The translations under genes and the position numbers were made by a program. Positions 31,601-41,394 of a stretch of 64,000 nucleotides of DNA are shown here, piece by piece. The notes under the pieces are model-generated. The model was not told the origin of the DNA. It worked only from the letters and a program-made list of their open reading frames with translations, and ran no database searches. The stretch's first letter is position 1. The number at the start of each line of letters is the position of its first letter. Source of the stretch: a virus; the IMG/VR virus record IMGVR_UViG_3300029310_000003. One strand, written 5' to 3'.

Positions 31601-33546
31601 TGTGCGCTTTTTATTTTGTTGACCGCAAAAATGAGAATCCCAATTGCGGCTGTAACAGCGCCGATGGCCAGCTGCGTCGCAGAAAGGGAGATATTCAGCG
31701 ACTGCATGACCGCGCTGAACGACGATGCACTCACGCCCGCCGTCTTAAAGATCGTCACAAGTCCAGAAACGGCGCTTCCGATTTTTACAAACGTCGCAAC
31801 GACGCTGTTCCATTTCGCGGCAAGCAGGAAACCGCTGACGATCAGGAGCACATTTCCAAGATTGTCAAACCCGTCGATCAGCCACGTCAGCGCGTCCACA
31901 AGCCCCTTGATCCAGCTCGTGTCGATGGTTTTCGCAATAAATTCCGTCCATGTGTTTTTCAGCTGATTTGTCTTGGCTTCCCAGCTCGTCAGCATAATGC
32001 CGACTTCCTTATCCGCGCTTCCTGCCGCCGAAGCCACCTTATCGAGCATTTCGGCGTACATGTCGTAATTTTTAATGAGCGCGTCGAGCTGGTTCGTTCG
32101 AAGCTTGCCTCCAAGCTTTGTCTCGATCTCGGCCAGCTGTGCCTGCGTCAGAACGCCGTCCTTATACGCCTCTGCCAGCGCCGCAACGGCCTTCATCGGA
32201 TCGACGATCTTTCCCGCCGCATCCGCAGCCTTCATCGCGTCCTCCGCATAGATCCAGAGAACGTCGTTCAGCCCCTCGATCTCCTCCTTTGTCCACGTCA
32301 CGCCGTCCTCGATCTCGGTCTCGGTATCGCCGATGATGTTGAGGATCAGCGCGCGGAGCGCCGTCGCCGCCTTCGAGCCGGATTCCTGCGTGACCGCCGT
32401 GATCGTGCCGAGCGCCGCCATTGTCTCATCAATGGACATATTCGCCATCGACGCCACATTCGCAACGATTGGGAAGCCTTCGGCCAGCTTCTGAATGGAG
32501 GTCGCGTATTTATTTTCAATTTCGTTGGCCCTGTCGAGAACGCCGGAAAGCTCCTCGACATTGCCCTTCATCTTATAGGCCGCGTCCGCAGAAAGCAGGA
32601 ACTGATTCGCGGTCGCGGAGTTCACATCGCCGACGAGCTGCGTCTTGGTCGCCAGCTCCGCCATGTCCTCCGACATTTCTTTGTAACCGGCCTTCGCAAA
32701 CGTTCCCACGGATTCCAGATAATCCGCCACAGCCACGCCATACTGCGACGCGACCTCGTATGCGTGTTCGCTGAGACTGGCCATTTCCGCGTCGGTGTTG
32801 TTCGTCACCTTCTGGATCGCAACCAGCTCCGTGTCCACTTCCTTCATCGTCGCCAGCGCTTCCTTGAAGGAACGAATAACCGTGGCCACCGTTGCATTGA
32901 ACACCTGCCACGCAGCGACCTTTTTCAGGATGTTTCCAAGACTGTCTCCAAGGACGTTTGTTGATTTTTGCAGCTTTTCGGTGTCTGCCTTGGTCTGTGA
33001 AAATTCTGAACGCAGGCCAGCCAGCCCAGATTTCGCATCCTCCACGCTGTTCATCAACGTGTAGAATCCGCTGCTTCCGTCCTTCACGCCGTTTGCCAGC
33101 GCGTCCAGCTCCGTTCTGGCCTGTGCGACTCTTTCGGAAAGCCCGTCAAACGTACCTTTCGGATATTTCGCAGACGCGGCCGCTATGGAGTTTGCAAGAT
33201 CCGCATACTGCTTTTGGAGCGCCGGAATGCTGTTTTTTGCGTTCGTGAACCGCTGCTGCTCCGCCTTGTATGCGCGCTGTGACGCCTTTTCCGCCGCAGC
33301 CGCCGCTTTTCCCGCAGCTTTCTCCGTCTGTTCATAGTGCTGCGTAAACTTCCCGCGCAGACTATCTACGTTCTGCACCATCGTCTGCACAGAACGATTG
33401 AATTGGTTGATCGCCTCCATTCCGGAAGAATCCACCGTGACCTTGATTTTCTGCTCCTTCAAGCTGTTTACGTCCTTGATGAGCGTATCGAGCTGTGTCC
33501 GAACGACCTCTACTTGAAGCTGGACCTTATCCACATTTCCGGCCAT
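28639..33546 (-). CDS. tail tape measure protein
   Basis: 1635 aa, coiled-coil rich. Core 'IQKLAEGFPIVANVASMANMSIDETMAALGTITAVTQESGSKAATALRALILNI' is typical of TP901-type TMPs, with TM-like segments in the middle. Confidence 0.9.
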   Translation of the reverse strand: MAGNVDKVQLQVEVVRTQLDTLIKDVNSLKEQKIKVTVDSSGMEAINQFNRSVQTMVQNVDSLRGKFTQHYEQTEKAAGKAAAAAEKASQRAYKAEQQRFTNAKNSIPALQKQYADLANSIAAASAKYPKGTFDGLSERVAQARTELDALANGVKDGSSGFYTLMNSVEDAKSGLAGLRSEFSQTKADTEKLQKSTNVLGDSLGNILKKVAAWQVFNATVATVIRSFKEALATMKEVDTELVAIQKVTNNTDAEMASLSEHAYEVASQYGVAVADYLESVGTFAKAGYKEMSEDMAELATKTQLVGDVNSATANQFLLSADAAYKMKGNVEELSGVLDRANEIENKYATSIQKLAEGFPIVANVASMANMSIDETMAALGTITAVTQESGSKAATALRALILNIIGDTETEIEDGVTWTKEEIEGLNDVLWIYAEDAMKAADAAGKIVDPMKAVAALAEAYKDGVLTQAQLAEIETKLGGKLRTNQLDALIKNYDMYAEMLDKVASAAGSADKEVGIMLTSWEAKTNQLKNTWTEFIAKTIDTSWIKGLVDALTWLIDGFDNLGNVLLIVSGFLLAAKWNSVVATFVKIGSAVSGLVTIFKTAGVSASSFSAVMQSLNISLSATQLAIGAVTAAIGILIFAVNKIKSAQEEARQKALEAGKAAAREAEEIQSLYQTYSDLKSSYETGAGSKKDFEDATDRLLKKLGYEKESVDDLTAKYGSLDEAIRASTESALEAALYDAKAATIAAEKALIAAAEDTYGSQMAGALELDSAEAVIKDYQKNLEARKELIDAGKQDATKIFGENQYSSNEKLINGVKSAVEDYNTAIANQTELENKLQAVRDGTLDSYGRENELLEENNQLTDENNQKTSEKVSKIQEYGKALKTQQSDLAAVSAALGEYRINGNISASTLQSLIGLSDKYVEMLTDEDGQLRITEESLKAVASAILEDVDATQQQIGASSSADEAAAKFVSSLLDVAENAGYSGKALYDLALEIIKLNETGLDLSAQIAQVVALGRAAGATAASIASISGIKSSDADRTIKGWIQTGQVGSYEEGEQKLLQGIYDSFDYSESSWNKSGSSGSKGSGSGGGGSSSDATLTAHKERVTLLKSELTLLEKQGASEDAQKAKMREIQDALSAQADYMRSIGASQADINDLSSEWYDWQKKIKEQTKSMDDLLSELKDAMQDSLSSQQDARDAELAALDAQLDALKRQKETKDDQLTLEEKILAVQKAQADLANAQNERTVRQWNASTGQWEWVADEGNVKSAKDSLEKAEKDLKDFQDDLAYNAAVAEIEARKDAINAQYDALERQYNNFLDSLKAKTRGIGEILQDIWKNATPELKKIILENADIFRQFGVDVSKLSDAVNETANRIVKVGADGKAPSGLSVGDRVVTGGGTYEIIGVNPDGTYQSQLVDKNQTTYNYGGQYDAPPGGDSSGGSGGSGGSGSGLKYSGTVYAYAQDGSRYTISSKKGLDFLNYEAAGARMTGGDGTSWLKNYDGTTSITKKDGKVYTVYDRGGILEGIGGIKATAEPEMVLPPDITRAIQNMLLVPQADARFERGMDRMRAALCGDLRNSNVFAGSTYDDHHVGTQQNGCSFYSFGGVTISEGRARGMSVADFARSAATLAIQKNM

Positions 33547-33560
33547 GTTTCATCCTCCCG

Positions 33561-34100
33561 TCATTTGACATCGAAGCCTGCGGCTTTCAGCCCGGCTTGC
33601 AGCGCACCTTCAAACCATCCGGATTCCACAACGATTTCCTGCGCTCTTTTATGGAACGGTCTCGGCCTCTGCCCATCCCACGGAAACCGGTAGCCCTCAC
33701 CGCTTTCCACGACCGGCGCGACCAGCCTTCCGGTTTTTTCGTCTCGGCTCATGTCCTGAACCTCGAGGGTCCTTGTCTGCGGGTCATAGGTCGCCTCCAT
33801 GTTGTCCGGACTCTGATCCTGCAAACCGCCGTCCATCGGTCCGCGCCGGATATACATGTGCGGATCGTAAGCGTCGTAGACCTCCGTCTCGACCGCCTCC
33901 GCCAGCGATACCCGGACCGCCGAAGCCACATCGTTTTCCATCGCGTACTGAATGGCTCTGTCCAGCTCCGCACTGAACTGCGCCGCAAAATCCTCGATCG
34001 CCATAAGCTCCTCCGAATTTCCCAAAACGCGCCAATCCGGCATTTCCTGCCGTCCTCGCGCGTTTCCCGGAAGGGATTTCTCCCCTCCGGGATTTTTCAA
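33561..34100 (-). CDS. hypothetical tail-module protein (start uncertain)
   Basis: The only ORF between the Ig-domain protein and the TMP. Alternative starts are MPDWRV and MAIEDF. May be a tail-assembly chaperone by position. Confidence 0.45.
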   Translation of the reverse strand: MKNPGGEKSLPGNARGRQEMPDWRVLGNSEELMAIEDFAAQFSAELDRAIQYAMENDVASAVRVSLAEAVETEVYDAYDPHMYIRRGPMDGGLQDQSPDNMEATYDPQTRTLEVQDMSRDEKTGRLVAPVVESGEGYRFPWDGQRPRPFHKRAQEIVVESGWFEGALQAGLKAAGFDVK

Positions 34101-34105
34101 ATGCC

Positions 34106-35230
34106 TTACGCCGTCACGGAAACGTCGCAGGTGTCCTTGAACGTGGACTCGCCTGCGGTGTAGCTCACCTCGACGGTGAAATCACCTGCGGTCGCGCCTG
34201 CGGTAATGAGACCGCCCGCTGCAACGGTCGTTCCGGTCGGAGCGCCGGTCGCGCTGTAGGTGAAAACGGCCGGGTCGCCCTTGACCAGCTCGCCGTTTTT
34301 CATCACGATGCGCGGCTGCATCTGATAGGTGCTGGACTTCGCCACGGAAATGCTGCCGATGGAGGCAACAATGCCCTCCACATCGTCCGCAGAGCTGTCG
34401 CACGGCTGATAGATGTAGTAGCAGAGATCGGAACCGGCTCCGCTGCAATCGTCGCAGCCGTCGGAAATGACGTCCGGGTCATACTGCACGGCCTGACCGG
34501 AAAGCGACGTGGTGTCGTTGTTGGTCTGATCGCCGGTCAGTCCGCCGTTTGCGCCGAACTTCAGAGAAGGAACGATCACGAACAGCGTGCCGACGCGCGT
34601 ACCCTCGTTCTGAGCCGAACCCGCGTCGTTGCAGAAAACGGCCAGCGTCGCAGTGAAGTGAACGACCATCGGGTCCATTGCCGTGGTCATGGTGGCGATC
34701 TGGGCGCCCGCCTTGTTCACGAAATAGAACACCTTGTACTTCTTGCCGTTTTCGGCCGTGAAACCGGAGATCGCGCCGGTGTCGGGATTGAGCGCATACG
34801 CAACACCGCCCGTTGCAACCTCGGAGGGCGCACCGACCTCCTGCACATAGCAGAAAATCTTCGAGAAGCCCTTCTGCGCGACCGGCGTACCCTCTGCCTT
34901 GTTGATGGAAAGCGAGGTTCCCGTTGCAGTCACGGTCGTGCAGGTCATGACGGTCGCGTTGTAGCTGAGAACTGCGCCCTGCTGGGCTGCCTTTGCCCAC
35001 ATGGAGAAATCGGCGGCGTTGAATTCCACGGTGATACCGGCGTTCGACGGAATCATGGCCGCAATGGCGTTTCCGAGGCCCGCGCGAATTTCGCCGTTAT
35101 CGACGTTCGGGGTCACGTTGCCGGTCTGGAACTTGTTCGACCAGTACCGGATATTACCCGTTACCTTGTCGGTACACATGGCCTCGCCGATTCCCTTCAC
35201 ATAAAGTCTTTTGTCAGTAAAACGAATCAT
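34106..35230 (-). CDS. putative major tail protein with C-terminal Ig-like (Big_2-type) domain
   Basis: ATG 8 nt after AAGGAG. Position upstream of the TMP. C-terminal 'FTYSATGAPTGTTVAAGGLITAGATAGDFTVEVSY...DVSVTA'. Confidence 0.55.
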   Translation of the reverse strand: MIRFTDKRLYVKGIGEAMCTDKVTGNIRYWSNKFQTGNVTPNVDNGEIRAGLGNAIAAMIPSNAGITVEFNAADFSMWAKAAQQGAVLSYNATVMTCTTVTATGTSLSINKAEGTPVAQKGFSKIFCYVQEVGAPSEVATGGVAYALNPDTGAISGFTAENGKKYKVFYFVNKAGAQIATMTTAMDPMVVHFTATLAVFCNDAGSAQNEGTRVGTLFVIVPSLKFGANGGLTGDQTNNDTTSLSGQAVQYDPDVISDGCDDCSGAGSDLCYYIYQPCDSSADDVEGIVASIGSISVAKSSTYQMQPRIVMKNGELVKGDPAVFTYSATGAPTGTTVAAGGLITAGATAGDFTVEVSYTAGESTFKDTCDVSVTA

Positions 35231-35265
35231 TCTTTTCACTCCTTATCGTCTTTTTGAGATTTTTG

Positions 35266-36105
35266 TCATGTCGTCTTGTTTCCTGCGTTCTGGTATGCCC
35301 GCATACCGCCGCCTCCGGCGAAGCTTTCCAGCGAGATCACGCCGCCGCTCGACTCCCGAATACGGTCGAAAAGCGGGCTTGGATACGGATTCCCGTCCTT
35401 CCATTTGGCTCCCTGCGCTTCGGCAGCGCCGCAAAGCAGGTATCCAAGCATCCTTTGCAGCGCCTCCCTTTGCCGCAGAAAGCGCAGGATTGGCCATTCG
35501 TCCATGTCCTCCTCGGGAACGCCGGAAACGAGAGAAATACTTGCCTTTACGGATTCGAGAGAAAAATCCAGCTCCGGCGCGTTCAGCTCCGCAAGGTCGC
35601 GTTCTGCCTGCACAAGCTCCGGATTGGCATTTTCCGAAACCATTTCAATGCCGTTCTGAGCCGCGAGAATGGGCCGAATTCTCTGAAACTGTGCAGGAGT
35701 TACGCTTTTTTCTCCGTCCTCCGTCCGGAAAACGATCCTTTCGAGCCTTTTCGGGTCGTCCGCGTTCGGAACGATCTGCACAAGCTGCATCCTCTGCTCC
35801 ATTTCCATTCCGTCTCCGATCCGGAGCGCCAGCAGGAGCGCAAGCACGCACTTGAAGATCATCCCTTCGCTTTTTTCGCCATGTTCCGCCGCGTCCAATT
35901 CCATCCGATAGAATGCCTGCAGGATCGGCTTGGAGATCAGTGTCACAGGGAGGCACTGCTGCATGAAGTCGATCACCGGCCGCACAATCGAAAATTCCTC
36001 GAACTCGCGTACACGGATCGGATATAAGGTCAGTCCTTCGGCCTCCACAGGCTCATACCTCCGGATTTTTCTGACCATGCCTTGAGAAAGGTTGTTATAA
36101 TGCAT
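35266..36105 (-). CDS. hypothetical structural-module protein (279 aa)
   Basis: Internal ATG (MHYNNLSQ) after GAAAGGGAAAC. The longer track start would read through the terminator element. Confidence 0.6.
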   Translation of the reverse strand: MHYNNLSQGMVRKIRRYEPVEAEGLTLYPIRVREFEEFSIVRPVIDFMQQCLPVTLISKPILQAFYRMELDAAEHGEKSEGMIFKCVLALLLALRIGDGMEMEQRMQLVQIVPNADDPKRLERIVFRTEDGEKSVTPAQFQRIRPILAAQNGIEMVSENANPELVQAERDLAELNAPELDFSLESVKASISLVSGVPEEDMDEWPILRFLRQREALQRMLGYLLCGAAEAQGAKWKDGNPYPSPLFDRIRESSGGVISLESFAGGGGMRAYQNAGNKTT

Positions 36106-36126
36106 TGTTTCCCTTTCCTTCTGCCA

Positions 36127-36209
36127 AAACAAAAAGAGCCGCTGCATATGGAAAATCCATACGCATCAGCTCTATCCAGCCCTTTTGCGGCACTATCCTG
36201 CCGCAAGCA
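36127..36209 (-). promoter_or_regulatory. conserved intergenic RNA element copy A (GGAUAG-loop hairpin + GGCUGGAUAG + intrinsic terminator)
   Basis: Minus sense: ttgcggca-GGATAG-tgccgcaa, aagggctGGATAG, then a long imperfect stem agagc...gctct followed by TTTTTGTTTT. Homologous to 50393-50470. Confidence 0.6.
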
Positions 36210-36214
36210 AATTA

Positions 36215-36910
36215 TCAGATTGTGCCGCTGTCCGGCGCATCCTCGTGCGAATCGCACCATTCCAAGCTCAGATGCGGCATTCTCAGCACATGCACGCCGT
36301 AGTCAAAGCCGCCCTTGCTTCCGTTGTCCGGATGCGCGTAGCGGTTGAAATCGAAAACGCCAACACCCGTCATGTTCACACCATGCAGTGCCTCAATGAT
36401 GCACTGCTCGATGTCGTAGCTTCTCGCGTAAGCGTCCGTCCTCGTTGTGTTTTCCATATTGACGTTTACGAGAATTTCGAACTGCAATCCCAAAACCGTG
36501 TGAAGGCTGTCCTTCGCAATGGTCCTCCCGAGATACAGCTTCAAAAGGACGCCCGCTTCTGTGTCGCTCTGACCCCATACTCTTTGGGGGAAAACGCGGT
36601 ATCCCTTCGGATGTCTTGCTTTCTCCTCCGCCGTGTTGAGAACGGGATGCTCTCCGTCAAAGAGCATCGAGAGCTTTTCCTCCGCCGTCGGCAGCGGATT
36701 TTCCAGAGGCCTTGCGCCGTCGTACCAGAGATATTTCGCCAGCCGTACCCTTGCACGCTCGTTGTCGTCCTTCGGGAGGTATCCCGGCAGCGGCAGATCG
36801 AGCAGATACCGAAGCACCTTCATTGGGATCTCTTCGGTCCCGCGCAGCCGGTTGTATCCCGGAAAAACGCGGCTGTAAGGATACGTCGGGGAATCGACCG
36901 ATACCGTCAT
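36215..36910 (-). CDS. hypothetical structural-module protein (231 aa)
   Basis: ORF track entry; 4-nt overlap with the upstream gene. Confidence 0.6.
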   Translation of the reverse strand: MTVSVDSPTYPYSRVFPGYNRLRGTEEIPMKVLRYLLDLPLPGYLPKDDNERARVRLAKYLWYDGARPLENPLPTAEEKLSMLFDGEHPVLNTAEEKARHPKGYRVFPQRVWGQSDTEAGVLLKLYLGRTIAKDSLHTVLGLQFEILVNVNMENTTRTDAYARSYDIEQCIIEALHGVNMTGVGVFDFNRYAHPDNGSKGGFDYGVHVLRMPHLSLEWCDSHEDAPDSGTI

Positions 36911-37530
36911 TTTTTCAGCACCGCCTTCTCGCGTTCTTTCTTATAGGCTTCCATTTCCTTCTGCACGTTTTCCAGCTCCTTCTGCAATCCCTGCATGACC
37001 TCCGGCGTCGTCTGGAGCTGCATTGCCATGAGAATGCGGCTGACCGGCTCGTTCATGACCATGAGCTTTCCGGAAATTTCCGCGTTCAGCATTTTTTCGG
37101 TCGTCCGCCAATCCGCCAGAATGTCGAATGCGCGGTCGCGCACCTCACCGTATTCGGATTTCAGCCGCTCGAGCTGGTTAAAAATGTGGCTTCCGGCATA
37201 AAGGTCATACGCCTCCTGCGTCATGAGCCACGGGCAGACCTCTCGCTTTATGGGCTTTCCGTCCGCATCCTCGGAGGCTTCCGTTTCCGTCTCAAACTCC
37301 ATCCCGAGATACATTTTCACAAATCCGCCCATGAGCATCCGGAGCTTAAACTCCGTGTTTTCCTTGTACATCGGCGGCATCGGCAAACTGTCCGGTCCGC
37401 CCGAAAGCTTCAGATTCAGCCGGTCGAAGCAGAAATTCGCCGCCTCCTGCGCATAGTGCGTCTTGAGCGCCACCGGCACATAATCTTTCGCCTTCAAAAG
37501 CTGTTCCGCCGTGATTGTGATTTTTTCCAT
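36907..37530 (-). CDS. hypothetical structural-module protein (207 aa)
   Basis: Internal ATG (MEKITITAEQ) after a GAGAGGAG RBS. Confidence 0.6.
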   Translation of the reverse strand: MEKITITAEQLLKAKDYVPVALKTHYAQEAANFCFDRLNLKLSGGPDSLPMPPMYKENTEFKLRMLMGGFVKMYLGMEFETETEASEDADGKPIKREVCPWLMTQEAYDLYAGSHIFNQLERLKSEYGEVRDRAFDILADWRTTEKMLNAEISGKLMVMNEPVSRILMAMQLQTTPEVMQGLQKELENVQKEMEAYKKEREKAVLKK

Positions 37531-37734
37531 GCTTTTCAAACTCCTCTCAGATCTTCCATGGTTTTCTCCGCACCGCACAGTCCGCCGAAGCGCACCGGCG
37601 CGCCCATGCGGTGCTTTCCCTACGATTTTTCTCTGTGGGCATTTTTCAGGATCTCGCATTCACACGCGCCGTCCGAAACCTCCCACATCTTTGTCCTCTT
37701 GCACAGGTACTGATGTGCGCACCAGTCCCGCCGA

Positions 37735-37908
37735 TTATCCTTTCCGCTCAGAAGATCGCAGTGCAGGCTTGCATCCGCATTCTTCCGGAACGCATGCTGG
37801 CATTTTCCCATACGCCATCAACCTTTCTTCCGCCTCAATCTCGCACTCCGGACAGACCATCCTGCCCTCCGGCACGGCCCGTCCACAGCATATGCAAGTA
37901 TCCATCAT
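37735..37908 (-). CDS. small zinc-ribbon protein (57 aa)
   Basis: ATG 6 nt after GAGGAG. 'CICCGRAVPEGRMVCPECE' is a CxxC...CxxC motif. Confidence 0.4.
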   Translation of the reverse strand: MMDTCICCGRAVPEGRMVCPECEIEAEERLMAYGKMPACVPEECGCKPALRSSERKG

Positions 37909-37918
37909 TCCGGACTCC

Positions 37919-39643
37919 TCACGCATTCGCGCTTCCATACACGCTATCGTTTGCATCGGTAACGCGCACGGTCTCAATCTGGCGCAGGCCGCAGACAGAA
38001 ATGATCTGTCGAATTTTATCGATCATGGATTCCGCCACGCATTTGTGCGCATTCCCGGTGATATGCACATCGTCAATAAAGAACTTGCTGCGTAAATCTG
38101 TATCGTCGTAATTGAGGAACCACTTGTCGAACAGATCCAGAACCCAGCATCGCGTATGCATCTGGCAGAGGATCTTCAACGCGATCAGATAATCTACCAT
38201 CTTGACCGTGCTGGTTTTCCAGTTCTGATTTTTGAACGGCAGCAGCCACATAATCTGCGCGTGTGGGAACGTATCCTCCAGCAGCGTCAGCGTCTTTTCG
38301 ACCGCACCGTAGAAGTTCGTATCCTCTGTCAGATCGGTCGCAACGCCCAGCGCCGCCTGATCCCAGTGATCGTTCGTTCCAAGCTCGACGACCACAATAT
38401 CGACCGCATTCGCCCACATTTTGAGAGACAGATTCGTTTTGTACTCCGCAAGCTTTTGCGCCAGCCCGGAATAGCCCGACATCGCCGCGTCGTATGCTGT
38501 ATCGGTATTCTTCTTCCCATTCCAATCGTAGCTTCCGCTGCCTGTCGTGGCCGACACACCGCTTTGACACAGCGCCATAGTCTCTGCCCGCAGATTCATG
38601 GGCACATATTTGCGGAATGCATTCTGCAATCCAGCGTTGGATGCTGCATAAGTGATGGAGTCGCCTATGAACTGGATGCTCAGCGTGCGGTCGCGCGGAA
38701 CGTCTCTGGACATGGCCGCATACGCGCGTTCATTTTCTGCGGTTGCCGTTTTGGATGCGAAAATCTGCTGCAAATATCCTCTATCTCTTGCGTAGCCGTT
38801 TCCAAGATCCTTTTTGTAAACGCCCCAGCTCTCCCCATTTGTCTCCCCGATATCACTCATTCCCGCCAGAACTTCTGCCACGAAGTAATTGTTGATGCGC
38901 TTGCCGGCATCCGGCTTAACGCTTGCCCGGAGTAGATACCAGTCCTGTTTTACCGTGAAATAATCGGGAACACCGGCCAGCGTTTGACCAGTGATTGCAG
39001 GCTCAATGTAGCCGTCACTGACTGCTTTCTGCATGATCGTGTTAATGATACCCAACGAGAATTGGCCATAGAGTCTGTCCCTTCCTGCCGCAAGATTCGC
39101 GGCCACATCCGGAAGCGCCGAATAAGATCGATACCAACCAAAATTGCTGACATCAGGATCTGTCACAAATTCATTCGTATTTACCGGATACGGAATTCCC
39201 AGTAGGCAGTATGTTTTCCCGACCTCGAACTTTACCGCGTAAACTGCGCAGTCGGCGTCCTCCTGTGTGTTTGCGGCAATCGTTTTGTATCCGTCCAAAA
39301 ACAGCTCCCACGGAATGTCTCTGCGTTCCATGCTGTAGCCCGCCAGTTTCTGTGCGGAAATACTGCCATCCTGTACGGTCGTGGTTGCCTCCGGATGCTC
39401 CGTCAGCCATGTGTCTACTGCCGAGGAGACCTGCGCGTCCGTCGGGCCGGATTCCGGCATTTCCACCGCCTCCCACGCTGTCGGCTTTCCGACCGCATCA
39501 ACCGCCTTGATTTTTGGGATTTTCCCAGCCACCGCGCCGGTAATGCCGAGCGATTCATCCGACCCGCCGCCTCCGCTCGCTGGAATCTCATAGGTATCCG
39601 GAAGCCCCGGAAATTTGATCGATTTGAGGTCTTTTGTCGCCAT
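37919..39643 (-). CDS. tail fibre/spike protein with SGNH (GDSL-like) esterase domain
   Basis: 'FIGDSITYA' (block I), 'VVVELGTNDHW' (block III) and 'FFIDDVHIT' (block V DxxH). The N-terminal Gly-rich attachment region is shared in style with fibre proteins. Confidence 0.8.
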   Translation of the reverse strand: MATKDLKSIKFPGLPDTYEIPASGGGGSDESLGITGAVAGKIPKIKAVDAVGKPTAWEAVEMPESGPTDAQVSSAVDTWLTEHPEATTTVQDGSISAQKLAGYSMERRDIPWELFLDGYKTIAANTQEDADCAVYAVKFEVGKTYCLLGIPYPVNTNEFVTDPDVSNFGWYRSYSALPDVAANLAAGRDRLYGQFSLGIINTIMQKAVSDGYIEPAITGQTLAGVPDYFTVKQDWYLLRASVKPDAGKRINNYFVAEVLAGMSDIGETNGESWGVYKKDLGNGYARDRGYLQQIFASKTATAENERAYAAMSRDVPRDRTLSIQFIGDSITYAASNAGLQNAFRKYVPMNLRAETMALCQSGVSATTGSGSYDWNGKKNTDTAYDAAMSGYSGLAQKLAEYKTNLSLKMWANAVDIVVVELGTNDHWDQAALGVATDLTEDTNFYGAVEKTLTLLEDTFPHAQIMWLLPFKNQNWKTSTVKMVDYLIALKILCQMHTRCWVLDLFDKWFLNYDDTDLRSKFFIDDVHITGNAHKCVAESMIDKIRQIISVCGLRQIETVRVTDANDSVYGSANA

Positions 39644-39658
39644 CTTCGTTCTCCTTCC

Positions 39659-41392
39659 TTATGCTGTTTCCGTGGGGGTGCCGATCTTCTTCCCATCCAC
39701 AAACACGTTCCCATTATCGTCCACCGTAAGCTTGTGCAGTCCGTTCGGAGATGCAAGCAGCAGATGCGGAGCCACCGTATACGGTGCAAGCACATATTTC
39801 TGGTAGTCTTTCGTTTGTGCTGGAACAGTCTTGTACGTGAGCGTCAAATTGGTCAGCGCTCTTGTGGTCGTCAGCGTATAAGCATCCGTGCATGCATTGT
39901 ATGCAAGATTCACCTGCCAATAATTTCCGCCACCGGAAAAATTGACAGTTTCCGCCCCGCCCCACACTATCGTAACAGGCGTAGCCGGCGTGTAATCGTC
40001 AAATCCCAGCGTGATTTCTGCGCCGATCGGAATATCAAGCCCAGATGCCACAAACGGCGTATCGGGTGATACATTGCCGCACGCAACCGTTTTTTCGTCG
40101 CCATCGGTCAGTTCCCCAAGAAATTGTATGGACGTTCTATCTGGGTGACTATGGTCGCTTCTCGCCACACGGTCACTGTCTCCCTGTTTGCCAGTCAAAG
40201 TAGACGGCATTGGTTTGTCATAGGAGAATTCAATAGAGCCATCGATTTTCTCCCATATATGTCCACTCTTCCATCGGAAACGTGCAAGGCTCATAAGGGT
40301 ACTGCCACTTAGGGAAATATCGTTCACCTCATAGAAGCTCACAGACATATCATCCACATATTTCCCATATCCGTCCACCAGTCCGACGTTGTTCGATTCG
40401 CCAAATGCAGAGGCCACTGCCGCAACGAGCTTTCCGTTGTCTATCGCGGCCTTGATATCTGCATATTCGGCATAAGTTCCGTCAAGTTTTTTGGAAAAAT
40501 ACGTTTGGGTCTTTTGATCGAATTCAAACTTGATCCAGTAAACATCCTTTACGTTCTCAAGCTCAAGGAATTTTTCCGGGATTTTAACAACCTGTCGAAT
40601 TGCAGCCTCGAACACTGCGCTCTGCCCCGTGTAAGTTCCGGCTGTCTGCGCGACCCATTGGGACTCCTGATAGTAGCAAAGCACATAATTCGTAGCTGTG
40701 CCGCCTACAATGTCCTCAACAGGAACAGTCGCAAAGTATATAAGGCCCTTATAATAGCCAACCGTACAGTCGATGCTTTCCGTCCCAACCTTGACCGTGA
40801 CAACATCCCCGAGCGTCGGCACATAGTCCATTTGAATGTTTGCTGATTCCGGAAGTATCCCATTGTATATCTCGGTTGCGACTGGATCAGACATATACGC
40901 GCCCGGACGATTCTTCACGAAATCCGCCGCCTGCGCATCGTTCTGGCTCCAGTCCGCCTGAACGCTTCCGCCGCTCATCTGAACGCCGGCCGCGCCAACG
41001 ACCACGGAAACATTTCCCGCGTCGTTTCCGACCTCAATGATGCTCCGCGAAAGCAGCTTTCCATCCGTGATCTTCGCCCCGCCCAGAATTCCGCGATTGA
41101 CGGCCGGCAGTACGGAAACCGGCGCGCCGTTTCCGCCGAAAACGCTTCCGTCCTGAAAAAGCACCCGCGCCTGTATCGGCAGCATTCCCTTCATTCCGAA
41201 GGTCTGCGCCTGACTGAGCGGAAACAGCCATTTCCCGTCCGCGTAGGTGATATCGTCGGGATACTGCCTTGAGAGATTTCCAATGCTGAGAACGAGCGCC
41301 GTCACCATCTCCGGCGTAATCAGCGTCCCGTCGAGCGTGCGCAGTGTGAACGGCTTCTGATAGCTGTCTCCCTGCATGATCGAAATTCCCAT
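39659..41392 (-). CDS. tail fibre protein
   Basis: 'QADWSQNDAQAADFVKNRP' is a motif common in phage fibre proteins. 577 aa, beta-rich. Confidence 0.65.
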   Translation of the reverse strand: MGISIMQGDSYQKPFTLRTLDGTLITPEMVTALVLSIGNLSRQYPDDITYADGKWLFPLSQAQTFGMKGMLPIQARVLFQDGSVFGGNGAPVSVLPAVNRGILGGAKITDGKLLSRSIIEVGNDAGNVSVVVGAAGVQMSGGSVQADWSQNDAQAADFVKNRPGAYMSDPVATEIYNGILPESANIQMDYVPTLGDVVTVKVGTESIDCTVGYYKGLIYFATVPVEDIVGGTATNYVLCYYQESQWVAQTAGTYTGQSAVFEAAIRQVVKIPEKFLELENVKDVYWIKFEFDQKTQTYFSKKLDGTYAEYADIKAAIDNGKLVAAVASAFGESNNVGLVDGYGKYVDDMSVSFYEVNDISLSGSTLMSLARFRWKSGHIWEKIDGSIEFSYDKPMPSTLTGKQGDSDRVARSDHSHPDRTSIQFLGELTDGDEKTVACGNVSPDTPFVASGLDIPIGAEITLGFDDYTPATPVTIVWGGAETVNFSGGGNYWQVNLAYNACTDAYTLTTTRALTNLTLTYKTVPAQTKDYQKYVLAPYTVAPHLLLASPNGLHKLTVDDNGNVFVDGKKIGTPTETA

Positions 41393-41394
41393 CC